From positions 11,532,001 to 11,596,000 of the forward strand of contig CM068750.1 of assembly GCA_035084275.1 (NCBI GenBank): a stretch of DNA of 64,000 nucleotides, given 5' to 3'. This document shows positions 39,068 through 53,330 of the stretch, piece by piece (within the stretch, counting starts at the first letter, position 1; each line of letters opens with the position of its first letter). The position numbers and the translations under genes were made by a program. This DNA is from Hydrolagus colliei (lineage: Eukaryota). Below the pieces are notes generated by a model that saw only the letters and a list, made by a program, of their open reading frames with translations, had not been told where the DNA came from and ran no database searches.

Positions 39068-39107
39068 GATAGTAACAAGCTTGTGGATAGTAACAAGCTT
39101 GTGGATA
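39068..39107 (+). repeat. Perfect 18-bp tandem duplication (GATAGTAACAAGCTTGTG)x2.2
   Basis: Read directly from the sequence. Confidence 0.9.
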
Positions 39108-41308
39108 CTGTTTAATTCTTATTTGAATTAAAACATTTATGCAAAAATTTTCAGAGTTTTAAACGTTTTAAAAAGATCAGTTTTAAAATGAACTTGTAAT
39201 TTTTAAAAATCTCCTTGGAATTGTTTTAATCTTTTTATATAAAACAGGGAAATGTAAAGTTCCGTTCCTTTATAACCAATGCTAAATACGCACTTTTCTC
39301 TATATTTTCCATCTATTGTGCAGTTTTATACCACTGTATTAAGTACAATTCTCACAGTAGACTTGACAGTCAGAAACCCTGCTCTAAGTTATTTGACAAT
39401 ATCGCTGTTCATCCAAAGGTGCATGAAAGTCACTGGGGGAGGGGGTGACTTGCACTGTGATTTTCTTTCTTCCGGCATTCCTTCCAGCAGGGAATCCCTG
39501 ACCTTTTGCTTAACTCTCATGGGTAGAATGACCAAGTGCTCCTCATATCAGCTCAGATCTGCTAACTACTGATCTTCCAGCTTTTGCTTTCCATTGAGAA
39601 ACCAAGATGAATAATCCAGGATATTCAAGGTTCAAACAAACAAGAAACAGCACGCAAATAAATTAAAAGAATTGGTTGGATAAAGCAAAGATTTAAATAA
39701 TTGTGAATGCATTAACATGGGTCAAGTTTAAACTTAAAAAAAGCTTTAAGAAAACTACTATTATTGAACATCTATTTCATATATTGACCACTCTGCAAAA
39801 AACATTCTAATCTCTCAGTTAGTTGATGCTTTTTAGATTTGAACCTAAGTACTGTAGTATAATTCCCTAATGATCAAAGTCAAGTAACCTGTGAATATTT
39901 ACCTCACCTATGACTCTCATCACCTAGCATTCTCCTGAATCTTTATTTTACTTTGAGGATGTTTTACTTCACTCCCCATCTATATCATTATAGCAAAATC
40001 TCTGTAGTGCCTGGATCATATGGTGCGCTTTGTTCGAATGGATCTCCAGATATTAAATTTTCTTATTGATTCCTACCGTTTTGTATAACATATTGAAGCA
40101 TATGGTAACCCCATTCATTAGCCTGCATTGTTTCACTTTTGTCCTATCTTTTCCTTGTGATGATATTTTTGTATTGCTTAGCTCTAGTATCAATGTTTAC
40201 ATTCAAACTAGCAAACTATCATCTTCTCCTGTTTTCCATAATTTCTGCCCTCAAGGACATTGCTACCTGTCTGGTTCAGGCGAATCTCTAGTTTCAAGGA
40301 AGTTTATTCTGTGAGAGGCGAATGATGATCTTGGCTGAAATGTCAGGACAAGATATAATCCTTTATCATATAGAAGTGGGAATATATCATGTGAAACTCA
40401 GAGGATGTGTCAACCAGGTTTGAATTCATCTATTGGTGCATAATAACGTAGGATAACAAACAATTACATTTATATAGTACCTTTCACATTGGGAGGAAGT
40501 GAATGTATACATACAGTAAATAACTAACTACACAGGAACACAATAAATAATGAAACACATTATTATTCAGGAAAATCTCTCCAGACAATGTTTAGTGAAT
40601 TGGTATCAAAATCTTAAGATTATTCAAAAGTATCATTAGTTAGGAACTAGGCAACTTCTGACCACCTTCAAGGACATGTAGTCAAGTTAACCAAATTTAA
40701 TTGAATTAGAAATGACAGGTATGCTTTCCTCCCCCAACCTCCCCTTCCCCTTCTCCCCCACCCCAGCTGTTTGATCATGAATTGCGCATATCAGAAACTG
40801 TGAAATCTGGGATCAGCAAGCTTAAATGTTTGTACTGGGGCATGGATTTGTAATGTAATTTCTTGTTGTTGACTGTTACCAACACTATTCTCCTCATTTG
40901 GATCCTAAATTTCAGGAGGACTTGCTGTGAAAAAGCATGTTCAAGTGAAACAAATTACTGTTGTGATGGTTGATGGATCATAGGTCTTAGTTAATTAAAG
41001 AGTATTGGTGGATTCACCCATTCATTTAATTTCTCAACTTACTCTGTAAATATTATATCAGCTTCGTTGGGCATAAGTTGAAGACTGTCAGAAAACGCTG
41101 ACGACCCAGTTTAAATTTGTTGTAAACTATCCCTTTCAAAGGAGTGGATTTACTTTTAAGAATGTGCATTGAAAGGCATGAGCCCTGCTATTTCTTTAAA
41201 TGTTACAAGGTATGAATGCTGAAGTTATTTGATAATATTCTGGACACTTTAGTCAATATATAGGGTATTTTAAATAGATATACTAAAGTATGGCCATTTG
41301 CTTCGCAG

Positions 41309-41455
41309 GGATACAGCATGGAAATGTCAATTTGGCTTCCTAAGAAAATACAGTTGCTAAATAAGGTTGAATCTCTGAAGCAAGATGGCAGCTCATTATC
41401 GAGCAACTTCCTTGAAAAAGTAGAGAAAATGAAAGAAAAATGGGATCTGTTAGAG
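41309..41455 (+). CDS. AKAP6: AKAP6 coding exon C (147 bp, phase 0/0): GYSMEMSIWLPKKIQLLNKVESLKQDGSSLSSNFLEKVEKMKEKWDLLE
   Basis: Acceptor TTTGCTTCGCAG|, donor GAG|GTATGT. Aligns with recalled AKAP6 (YSVEMSI..KK.ELL.KVEALK.....LLEKV....EKWELL). Not in the ORF track. Confidence 0.93.
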
Positions 41456-41884
41456 GTATGTTCTTTCTAATCATCCATCTCTGGGGTACTGCATATGGAC
41501 ACAAAATTTACAGACGTTTCCTGGAACACTTTGCAGTTAAACATTGCAATACATAGGTGAGTGATGATGAACAAGGAATCAGGTGTAGGTCTCATAACAA
41601 TAAAATGTAATGTTATATAATTGAATCACCGCTGAATGTGGAAGTTCAGCAAATATATTTAATTTCATTCAGATATTGATGTGCCTATTGAAGGGAAATT
41701 GCATCTCTAACCCACAATATGATAGTGTAAACACAAACATGGTTAGTGCAAGGTGAAAACAATCTCAAATAGAATTGTTTTTCAATTAAATATGTTGCAT
41801 GTATATGGATATATAATACATGTCGTCAAAGTACTGCAATATGGTGCACTAAATCTTTTGAGAGAACAAAAGATAGTGGAAGAT

Positions 41885-42260
41885 ACAATAAACAATTTAA
41901 TTATACAGCACTTTTCATATCATGAGGATGCCCCAAGGCACTGCACAGTTCAGGGTTTGCACCCAAGCTGAGGGTGAGGGTTGATGGGGGCTGAGGGGGG
42001 GAGGAATGGAAGATGGCTGGAAACATGGTCAAAGAGGAAGCTCTTGAGGAGGACCTGAACGAGTTGAGGGAAGGGCAAATTGAAGAGACTTTAGGATGGA
42101 GTTCCAGAGAGTGGTTGGGTGGGGGTGAGAGGAAATGAGAAGTACGCCAGTATCCACTGAGTGAAGGCAAGGTTCAGGTTGGTTGGGTGTGACGAGGCTT
42201 CAGAGGTAGGAAGGGGAAAAGACCATGGAGGAATTTAATGGTTAGAAAGAGGAAATTAGT
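41885..42260 (-). mobile_element. L2 LINE 3' fragment
   Basis: Tail TTATACAGCACTTTTCATATCATGAGGATGCCCCAAGGCAC plus a body similar to 27127-27300 (GTCAAAGAGGAAGCTCTTGAGGAGGACCTGAA). Confidence 0.75.
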
Positions 42261-43892
42261 CATTAAGGTTTCCAAACTTAATTCCACCATCCATAATCAC
42301 AACCTTCTGTGGGTTAAACATTGATGGAGGTATCAAGAATACTGCATATCAGATTATTCCAGCATCTAAACTGAAAGAGAAAATGTAGCGACATAAATGC
42401 GACAATAGTAAAGATGGAGAGGGGGGAATGAAAGAAAACAAATAGCAAAATTATTTTTTTTCCCCTTAGATTATTATGAGTCTAAGCTTACCATTACACC
42501 ATGGCAGAGAAGTACCCACAATATTGGAGTATTTTGCGCATCAAGTCCCATGTGATTTACACACTGTCACAATATAAGAACTGTTTAATTAAGTAAACAA
42601 GATTGCATTAATATACCAAAATGATTAAATTGCTTTTGATCAAAATAACAAGCAAAATGAAAATGAGAAAGGGATGTTTCCCCTAACTGGAGCCATTTCT
42701 AGCTCTTATGGAAGAAACTGAATTTAATTCTTTTCATTTATTATAAGGTTTAAATTACACGGGGAGGCTGGGTAGCTGTAATGTTCAACAGTTGTATGTG
42801 TCATAGCTAAAAGTGATGCATTATACTATCAACACAAAACAAAAATATTTAATATTGCCATCATTTAAATTGAATTGACATTCTAAACAAAATGAAAATT
42901 TTAACTTTAAAATGTCTTAAAATAAAGTGGGAAGGATTTTAATGTAGCTTTCATCTAAGGGGAACAGTCTGAAACAGAAAATGATAAAATAAAATGTCAG
43001 TGGTGCGTGGAGTTTAATCCGAGAAATCTTGTCCCCTGTGCTGCACATTACTCCATCTCCATTGCATATTAAACAACCCTATCAAGGAAGGCATTGGCAT
43101 CTGCTGTGCTGCCACAAATTGTGAATTAAATGAAATTGATGTCCTCTGTCGTATATTTATGAAGACAGACCATTCTCAGAAGTATTCTGCTTATGAAGAA
43201 TTTATGATTGCAAACTGTTACTGAACAGAAAGTGGCAATAAATTCCTTTTTTTTTGTAACCTACCCTCTCTGGGTATTGATTCCACTCCTACTGGTAAAT
43301 TTGTCACAGCAGAAAAACAATAGCTGAATCTGGATTCTGCTGTGAGCCTTCATATTATTAGTATTCCCATGGTATAAGGGACTGGTTTGCCAGAATCATT
43401 CACCTAAGATTTTCTTGAATAGATTGGTTCATATCAGTTGTATGTAGCGATTTCATTGAGTCTGGATGCAATCGTTCCGCACCCCCCCACCCCCCACACA
43501 TTGGCTATTTACTGCTCATAATAATAATGCCAAAGATTGACTCGTGCTTTAATAACTGTTTTAGTAATGGGGATTACCATTCAACTAATACCTCCATTGC
43601 ACTTTATTAATACAATATCCATAATTAACTGCATTAATATACAGTATTACTATAATTTAGATATTCATGGAGACTATAGTGTATAGTAGTTTTCTCTGTA
43701 ATTAAATACATATTGTATCTGTTGTCTGCAGTCTCTGTTTCACACTATGTTTCAGGCTTGATTTTAATTGGATTTTAAAAAAATTGCTTTAGCCAGGAAC
43801 ACTTGCCTATAAGATAGTAACTTATCAATACTTACTGTAAGAAGGTGTCGCAGTGCATGAAGTTAATTGATCTTTTTCTCTTGTTATATCAG

Positions 43893-44117
43893 AAAACCCT
43901 TGGAGAGAAGACACAGTACATGGCAGTGGGGCCAAATGGGGCAGGCCCACGTGATCTACTCTCGCCTGAGAGCAGCAGCCTGGTGAGGCAGCTGGAGGTC
44001 AGGATCAAAGAACTCAAAGGCTGGATGAGAGATACAGAGCTTTTCATCTTCAACTCCTGTCTACTGCAGGAAAAGGAAGGAACAATGGACACCCAGAAAA
44101 AACTGCAGTATTTCAAG
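43893..44117 (+). CDS. AKAP6: AKAP6 coding exon D (225 bp, phase 0/0): KTLGEK...PRDLLSPESSSLVRQLEVRIKELKGWMRDTELFIFNSCLLQEKEGTMDTQKKLQYFK
   Basis: Acceptor TTTTTCTCTTGTTATATCAG|, donor AAG|GTAATA. Highly conserved AKAP6 spectrin-repeat peptide. Confidence 0.97.
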
Positions 44118-45289
44118 GTAATAGCTCACATAATTGTTTCTTCAATGGATTTCACAAGGTACAGTATATGTATACGGTAACATATATTCAGTATATAACT
44201 AAACAAATATCGCAAGCAATAGATTGAACTAAAATTAATTATTGAAAGCAGAAACAAGACCCTGATAAGTTAGTCCAGTGTCTGCAATGTTAAATTAACA
44301 TGAACATTACAAATAGGGTCAAGGTGGAAGCTGAGCCAGATGTAGCTACTCTTAAAGAAACCCTGTCATCCTTTCCTAATTTGCAGTGTTATTTCTCAGC
44401 ACATTATAAAGGCAAGAAACCGTACAATCTGAGGTGGCCAGTCTCCTGTACTCTCTAGTCCATGGAAGCTTCTGGGCCTGCATGTCAAGTGATTACATGG
44501 GATGCATTTTCCTTAGGATTTGACAGATCATGGTGTTAACCTTTTTAGAAACAAAGATTTAAGCCTATTTCTAGATACTCAAGAGTTGACATTGCTTTGC
44601 CTTTTATAAATGGAAGAGCCAATTCTGTTCTGGCTCTGAAAGGTATCAGTATTGACCTGAACATAATGGAACAAATGAAGGCTACAAATCCTTAATCCGA
44701 CAAATTAGTCAATCTTATCTCTTTTGATACAGTACTATCCAATTTACCTTAAAATTGTAAAAAATAAGTTTGTATAACTGAAGAGTTTTAGTTAAGTAGA
44801 AATTGATTGCAGATCAGATTAGAGCCTGATAAAAAGTTGAACACTTAGTAACTATGACTCAGAATGTGGTAAAGTACAGCTCCAAATTAAATATGCACAA
44901 ATGCACTAGCAACTTTGTTAACTATGAAATATATTTACATTGTATTTTCCTGAATTAAATAAGAATTGGAGTAAAGTCCCTTGCTCTGCAATGCAACCCA
45001 TATTTTTCAGTGCATTGCACAACTGAGTGAAACATTACTTCATATGATTTGACATTCTCTGTGTTCTCTGTGATAAACATAAACCCCTTTCATCATGGAT
45101 GAGCATGAGTGGAAAATAATTTATCACTTCATCCACTGGATAATCCCACTGAGGATGGTGAATCACATCTGGAGTGAGGTGAGAGTTGGCTCACACAATA
45201 TAATGGAGAAACACTGCCTACAGTATATTAAGCCCCTTGACCTGGTCAATACCTAAGGGTTCATTACATTTATTCAGCTTGTAACTGAT

Positions 45290-45510
45290 CCTAACAGATC
45301 AAGAAGGTCACAGGTTTCTTAGCCAGTCTGTGCTGAATTAGGTGATCTGAGCAGGTGTAAAATGAGCCCAACTACAATTGGATTAAATAAGTTTCAATTT
45401 TAACAAAGGGGAAATCAGTGAGTGTTCCTGTTGTTCTGTATCTGACGACCACTACTGGAGGGTGTGTATATAATCATTGGATGAGGATGGGATTGGGCTT
45501 TCCTCCAACT
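45290..45510 (+). mobile_element. Old SINE-like interspersed repeat
   Basis: GAAGGTCACAGGTT..GTCTGTGCTGAATTAGGTGATCTGAGC..CTACAATTGG..GGGGAAATCAG..GACCACTACTGGAGGG..GGATGAGGATGGGATT. An antisense homolog lies at about 56975-57097. Confidence 0.5.
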
Positions 45511-48500
45511 TTGCCTCTACATTTGCATAGCATGGATCTAATTTAAACAGCTGTTGTTTGCTGGGATTTCTGGGGATGCAGCAGAGTGAATTAATGTTAC
45601 TGCAGCATCATACATCAAGCTGTAAACCCCCAGTAAACCTGGAATCCACTTTGGAGTTTATGCTCCTGCAACTCTGACCTTATAGCCCAATGAAACGTTG
45701 ACATTAGAAGGGTGAGTTTTCAGCTCAGGATGAGATTAGCGTGTCCAATTCAGTAGTGTCATGTGGCATTTCTTCTGCGTTAAGCTTTACAGTATACACA
45801 AGGAACATTTGTGTCCTCCTTAGCTCCATGTTGAAAGACAAATGTAGCAACTGATTTGTGGAAAAAGATTAAGCACAGCTTGGTATTTTCTAAAGCTTGT
45901 CTAGTGGCACATGCTTTTTAATGTATTCTCTTGCGTACTGTAAATCTATATTATAAATCTTTACCAAATGTTAAGGAGAAAATATATTACTTTGGGAGCT
46001 GGGGGTTACATGGAACATACATCAAAATTATTACAAAGGGAAACCCACATGGAGAGCATTCATCTTGCTACTTTTAAAGGGCATTTTGTTGTTGTTCTGA
46101 TGTATTGTCTGATGAGCCTTTGAAAACTCCAAAATGCTTTTAAATGTTATTTGTTCACTGGCAAAGAAATTAATCTGTGGAAGATTTGTGAGAAAAAAAT
46201 TGTTTAAAGGGGAATGTGGTAGAAGATAAGATGTAATTTTGCTTTTTTAAAATCTGTCTGAATATATCACACCAAACAATAGGATTTGAATAGCAAGAAA
46301 TGTTGATTCTGATCGGAGTAAAGAATATATATTCATGGTTAAATAGTCCAGTTATAATAAGGATGTTTGTAAGACAGTATCCATATCCATTTCAAAAGTC
46401 TGTCAAACATAAAACAGTCACATCTGGAATGTTGAAGTTCAAAATATAATTGGAGGCAGAGGAAAGTCTAAACATAGTATCCCAGGAAAAAACGTGCAGT
46501 CCATGATCTTAGAAAGATTAAAAGAATCATCAAGGATGGAGAAAGGGCAATGGAAACCATGAAATGTTCAATCAGTTCATTGTGTCAATTTCTACAAAAA
46601 GAAATTTAGGAGATACAAGCACAGCTGTCAGATTTTAAGAAGAAAACAGAAGGTCTGTGAAAATCAGTGTTTTTTAGGTTAAGCGTTTGCTTGTTCCGTG
46701 AGGCAGATAGATACAGATGCAGAAAACGTGGGTGGTGTTGAACTCATTAAGTTCCTGGATGATGTCAATAATGCCAAGAAAATAGATTTCTATTGCTATG
46801 GAACAAGGGGAAATTGAAGTTCGAGAGGAGAAACCACTATCTGGGCCAAGCTGACTACATGAAAGTCAGATGCATGATTTTTAAAGCAAGTTGGTTGGTA
46901 CACCAACGAAAACTGAAAAGAGCTGGAGAGAGAAAAAAATAATTAACCAATAAGTGGTTTGATTTTAAAGGTGCATAGTTTGCAAGAAGAAGGGATTGAG
47001 GGAGTTCCAGTCTAAATCATAGGGATCTCTGAGTTTTTGTTAGCTTGATTGTAGAGTAAATTTGTTACTGAAAAAATCTAACAGTCTGATAGAGATAATG
47101 AATATTAATTCAGCTAATTAAGGAATATAAATCAGCATATTAATTTGCCATATCTGTTTAAATTATTTCACTAGGATTTCACAGATCCCACTAAGCTTGT
47201 CTGAGAGAATGAGAAGCATACAGCTCTCATTCATGTATGTAACTTTCATAATACAGTAACAAATTGTGTTGTAGTATGGAAAGTATTATAGAAACAAACT
47301 TGTTTTAGAGAGAGTATCAAAACATTGATGCTTTTTGGTTTTTAGGCAACTACTGCAACAGAAACTAGAAGCAATCTGCAAGTGATAATCACTTTTTAGT
47401 ACAAATTAATGCTTTTATGGTCCAGTGACACATATGTGAAATGTAAATGGTTCAATTCAATTTTTTTCAGCATTAGTTGCAAAACTTTAACAACAGTGAT
47501 GTAAAATCTTGTACCACTGGTCTGTAATGCAGTAACAACTTTTGTAATTGTTACTAAAAGAATAATGAAACAAAAAAGGTAATTATTGAGAAATTGCCAC
47601 AAATTATTTACAGCATGTTAGCATTTAAATTGGCTACACGCTTGTAAATATGATCCTTAGGTTAATACAGTACAGCTGATATAAAGAAAATGACATGACC
47701 AATATTGAGCACAACTACCCACTTTACTGCATATTTTCAATCAAAAAATAAATCTTTATTAAGCAGATTAGGAAAATTATAATTCTAAAATTATAATTAT
47801 AAGTGCCTTTTAATGTCAGAATGAATGGTATCCATCACAGCAATTGAGATGAGGTATATTTCAGTACCACAGTACATCTATTAATGAAAGATGGCTATCT
47901 TAGCATAACAGAGTACACAACTGAAAATGCATTGCATCAATGTGTTTTTAAAATCCCGTCAATATAACTGTCTTCATCCTTTGCACTTAACTCAGAAAAA
48001 AATGTTTTCCTCACTTATAGTGCATTTTCTCCTTCCTCACTAATGTATTTGCTTAGCCTTCTTACTAGGTTTTCAATCCTGGGTGACTTACTTAAAGCTT
48101 ATACAGCATCACGTGTAATGTTCAGCTAACAAAACTATTATTTTTCATTAAGCTAACAGAATGCAGCAATACTGATTTTGCAGCAGTATTTATGACGTGA
48201 TTATCAGTATGGAAAATCCCCTCAGCCTCCATTAGTAAGTCTTGCATAGTTTATATTTAAATAGCTTGAAAAATACTATCGGGCACAACAGTATGTTTCT
48301 TTCACTAATGTAGTGAAGCCAAAAAGAAATGGCAAGAATGATAAATGGGCCGGTTTGGAGAAAATTAGAAATGCTTTCTCTCTTGACGTACAATATATTA
48401 TCCATTATTGGCCATATCAGTGCTCCTGTCCATTTTCTTATTAGCAACTGTTTTGACAGATAGATTTTAAAACAATATTGATCTGACTCTTTGGTGCTTT

Positions 48501-48701
48501 GACGCGACAGGAAAAAAAAGATGTATAATGTGTAATTGTGAATAACAATAATGCATTGAACCAATTTTCCCTATACCCACACCATTTTGTAAACAGCTGT
48601 TGGTAATGCCTTTACAGTAAAGCAACCTTACAACAGAGGACTGAAGATGTTTCAGTTTTACTGCTGTACAGATTTTAACATTTGTCATTTCTTGATCTCA
48701 T

Positions 48702-48956
48702 GATTAATCCAGGTAGGGGGCGAAACTTTGGGCAAGTTTCCATACTCCACACGCCTAATAATAATCCCTCAAAAAACAATAATAAATTGGTCATTTCAAT
48801 CCATGACTGTTTGTGAAACACTGCTGTGCGCAATTGGCTGCCGCATTTCGCCCACAAATATATACAGTTAATTCACGTTACAATATATTCTGTGAAGTGC
48901 TTTGAGACATCTAGAAGACATGAAAAGGGCTATATCTAATGCAAGGATTATTATTA
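48702..48956 (+). mobile_element. tRNA-derived SINE (5'-clipped), (ATT)n tail
   Basis: Homologous to 11331-11612 and 13428-13720. Confidence 0.9.
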
Positions 48957-49308
48957 AGAACTTAGAGTATATTCCTACATTATTTAAATTAAGTTATTTC
49001 ATAATATTATATGCACACATGTTTAGTTCTTTTTCATCATCCAGCTCAGCTTTTGTTAGATCAGTAATGTATTACTTTTAAACAGTTTTTTTTTAGTATA
49101 CGTACAGTAAAATTTTATTTATATCAGATAATGGTATAGTTTGGTTTTTTGAATGGAATTTAGAAATCTAAAACCATTTCGCAAGCCAAATGTAAGAATA
49201 TAGATTGGCTAATTGAATGGTGAAAAATTGGGTTTACCAAATAATTTATTGATATAAAACTGAGTCTGAGTAAAGGGATACAGTACAGTCATCCCAAATT
49301 ACAACCTT

Positions 49309-49442
49309 CTGTGTGCAATTGGCTGTATGTTTTACCCACAAAATATATAGTCAATTCACTTTAAAGTATATGCTGTGAAGCGCTTTGGGACATCTTGAAG
49401 ACATGATATGGTGCTACATCAAATGCAAGGATTATTATTATT
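49309..49442 (+). mobile_element. SINE 3' half, (ATT)n tail
   Basis: CTGTGTGCAATTGGCTG..TTCACTTTAAAGTATATGCTGTGAAGCGCTTTGGGACATC..AAATGCAAGGATTATTATT. Confidence 0.85.
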
Positions 49443-51784
49443 CTACAGTAAAGCGTCCTCTTCTCCTCCATCCCCCCATCACCTCATTCCCCAGAGAAGC
49501 AGCTGGCAATTAGTCAGTTAGCTTTGTGTGAGTGAGGATGTGTCTGATTAGAGAATTTCCAGTTCTTGTGAACCAAGTGATTAAGATTACTAACGGAAAT
49601 GTTTTGTTTTGCGGATCTGAGAAGTACACATTATATTTTTAAATTGTGAGATACATGTCATATCCCATGCTTGCTGTGGAGGGATAATGTTTCCTTAGAG
49701 TCTGCGTGGCTCAAGCTCCGGGAGCTGGGTTTCCTCTTCTGTTTAGTCCAGTTATATGAATAGTTTGGTTAATTGAATAATTTTCGCTGTCAAACTGAGT
49801 ATTCAATTAACAGGATTTTATTGGTCTTTAAAACCACAAAAAAAGTCACTTTCATCAATTTATGTTGATAATAGACACTTTATCCATTTTGTTTCTAAAG
49901 AAAATGACCCTTTTCTCATGGATAAATGCGTCTTGTAATGTGGTTTAATTAATTAAATTAAATAAGGTTTAAGTTTTGGTTGGAATGACCAAATATGAAT
50001 GAGAATTGCTGCGGAAGTGGCTTCAGTCTCCCCGAGCTGGGGTTAGCAGATTCTTGTTCTCAATTCTTGTTCTCAATTGCCATCTAGTAATCCTCACATA
50101 GAAGACATCTCTGAGATAACTTGTCTTGTGAACAAGCTGATGAGAAGTGGAGTGATTAATAAATATGAACTGTACAATTTTTGCAGGCAATTAAGACTAC
50201 TTACAGAAATGTGTTGTTTTAAGGACCAGAGATGTACACATTATATTTTAAGATGTGAGATATATTTTAGATTCTATGATTACTGTGGTGGGATTATGCT
50301 GCAATTGCCCTGTTGTGGAAATGGAGAAAAGGGGTTCACAATGGTTTTACTGGTATAACTACTTTAAATCAAAAGTATGATGCATTTTCTACACCCCTCT
50401 TTTATTGCAACAAGCCTTTTAGTACAAATAGCACATAGTTGGAGATTTTGAAATTCTGTTGAATTATATTTTACTTTTATTCTGTGTTTAGGGCAAAGCT
50501 AAAGTGTGTTTCTTAACTGCAGAACAGGCACCTCTTTCATTGTCAGTGCTGAAGGTATTCTTTTTCTGGTTGTAAAGATTGTAAACTGTAAAAGGTACAT
50601 TTTCCCTTACCCCTATTCTACTAAACTTTGCTTTCCACTTTAGTTAACATGGATGAGAAGGGAAAGAGCAGAATAATAACAACTATACCAAGCCTATTTT
50701 TGCTGCTAGCAGTCTCTGGTTCTTATAATATTCTAATTAAAATAAATCATTTATTCTCTTTTATTAAGCTTTTTCTGCAGCTACATTGCTTTAGTTCTTA
50801 CCAAAGTACAGAATGACTGGGCATAGATAATTGCAGATTCCCAAAATACATAAAACTGAAAATTAACTGCTAAATAGTAATATTAATTATATTGCACATC
50901 TTTAAAATCTAAAATGATTTGCAGTAACAATGCTTCAAAATAAATCCTATTTCCAAGCAGCTTTCAAGAATTGTCTTGTAGGTTACCGTTGGCTGAGCAT
51001 ACGTGGCTGAAAATTTTAAAACAGCAATTCCATGCAGCAGGGATGATTAAAGACAGGTGCCAGGCAGAAGTAATTTAAAAGGCCTTAGTTTTAAATACCT
51101 TAATAAAAAGGATGGTTTAATATTTGGAAGTTATTTAAAGTAAGATTGTTTTTCTATTTAAAAAACTTTGAATTTTGTAAAGAAGACTTCTGTGTAAGGA
51201 ATGCCAAATATACTCATACATCTATACATACTTATGTGAAGAAAAGAATGGACACATTTGACGGAGTTGTTGACAAAGCTTGACTTTTTATGTGGAAGTG
51301 AATATAATAAAATTGTCTTGTAAAGGAAAATAAGCTCTTTGCAACTGTAGATATAACTGCTTTTGTCCCTGTTGTGGAGCCATCTAACATGCACAAAGAT
51401 GTGTGTATGTATGTGTCCTGTACATGAAGATGCGATAAGTGCAGAGACTGTGACCGAAGATAAGGATAACAATGTAAATGAAGCAAGTGATGAGATGTGA
51501 ACTACAGAAGCATTTGTGCAGGTACTGAAAGAGCATGAGGAAACTCAGCAAACCAATACATTCTGTGGGTGAAGATCAAGTAAATGAAGTCATTGAGGAA
51601 GTCAATATGTGAGCTACAAAAGGATGACAAATGGTACAGAAGGTGGATGGTCAGGACACAGAAGGGGTAAATTATGGTAATGGGAGACAATAGTCAGATT
51701 TGTGGATTGTGATTTTTACAGATATTTTAACATGAATCTGGCTATTTAATGCATTCCAAAGGATAAGGGAGGGATACTGAGGAA

Positions 51785-51948
51785 GGTTCAGTTCCTCTTC
51801 GACTGCGCCTTCGACTCCCCCACTAACTCTTCCCCCTCTCCTTCCCCTTCCCCCTCCCCTGCTCGGGTCCCGACCTGACTGTTCAGCGTTTTGTGACGTC
51901 CTCCCAACGTGACAGGTGCTATATAAGTGCAATTTTGTTGTTGTTGTT
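51785..51948 (+). mobile_element. L2 LINE 3' end
   Basis: Reverse complement of 27127-27290 (CCTGCTCGGGTCC..GCGTTTTGTGACGTCCTCCCAACGTGACAGGTGCTATATAAGTGCAATTT(TGT)n). Confidence 0.8.
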
Positions 51949-52079
51949 CAATAGCATGATATGTGTGTGGGGGTGGTGGGAAGGGGATGGGCGGTTAATT
52001 CAGTTGCGGGTATTGCATTTGGAATGAATAATGTGACAAAGGGCCTGAGGAACTTTAAATAATCATGCATGGTTCGTGT

Positions 52080-53330
52080 GCAGGTTTAAGCCAAAAATTG
52101 AAAAGGGTGCATGCATGCAAAGAATGAGGAGGACAACTTTGCTAAAAGATGCGTGCAGGAAGAAATTCAATTTATAGATAAGTGGGAAACTATTTTAGGT
52201 AGAAATAACTTTTGCAGAAAGATTGGTTTTCAGATAACCAAATGAGGAGCTTAGCTGTTGGCAAGAATATCAATATCAAATATCAATTGTGATTTGTTTA
52301 AATTGGATTTGGGATAAGAGAGAATGTTTTGGTATGCTGTACAAGAATGAACTGAAGTCTGTAGATGGTCAGGAGGAGATGGAAAAGGTTGTTAACAGTG
52401 GAAAATGAAAATAAAAACACATGGAGTATTAAAAATAAAGATACATGCAGTGAAATTATTGACATTTGAAACGGGAGTCATAAATAGCACTAGAAGTAAA
52501 AGACAGGAGTGAGAATTCTCTAGCAATTTCATAAAGATTTCTTCAGTGATTTCTTAATACAGTAAATAAGGCAGAATGCTAGAGCAGATACTATATTAGA
52601 TTTAGTGGTTAGAAGCATCAGCACTGATTAGTTTCATGGAAGTGGCTGAATTCTTAAGACTTCAGTGATCGGTGTACAGTTAAACTAGATACTGCATTAA
52701 AAAGTAAGACCAAGATAAAAATATAAAGATGCATAACTTCAAGAATGCAATCTTTGGAAGTACATGAAGTGCTCTAGTAAGGATTAAGGGGAAAGAGAAC
52801 CTCAATATAAAAGACATGAAATAAGAAATGTAAAAAATAAAACACATTTATATGGGAGAAGAATAGAAATCTAGCATGACCAAAACCACAATGGCTGGAT
52901 AAAGGGGTCAAACGTAACCTAAAGGTCAAATTGAAATATCTTAAAATAAAAAAATTGTTAGTACTGGAGACATATCATTCTGCATTTATATTGGGCTTTG
53001 TGCAATGATTCAACAAAGAAGTGGAGCATAAATGCTGTTTGAGGCCACATGCCAAAACTATCCTGAAGAGGTGATTTTGCCAGGAAATCAATTCACTGCA
53101 ATCCAAATGTAGTCAGTGCAAATTGATTCAGTCTCCTTTCAAATATGCTCTTTTTTAAGTTCTTAGACAGTTCTAAGGACTTAAATAGACTTTATTTAAT
53201 GTTATTAAAGAACTGGTTGCAAAAAGGAGTATAAGAGGAAGTGAGAAGGAAATGGAAAGCATTATGTAGCGATTGGCATTCCAAAATATACTTCAACTAT
53301 GTTCGAAGTGGATTGTGTGTGTTAGAAAGG
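52080..53330 (+). mobile_element. Heavily decayed CR1 LINE (endonuclease-region remnants)
   Basis: Purine-rich strand with degenerate motifs in CR1 order: ATATTAGATTTAGTG (ILDLV), ..CAGTGATC (SD), AACTTCAAGAATGCA (NFKNA), AAACCACAATGGCTG (KPQWL). Many stops and frameshifts. Confidence 0.55.
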
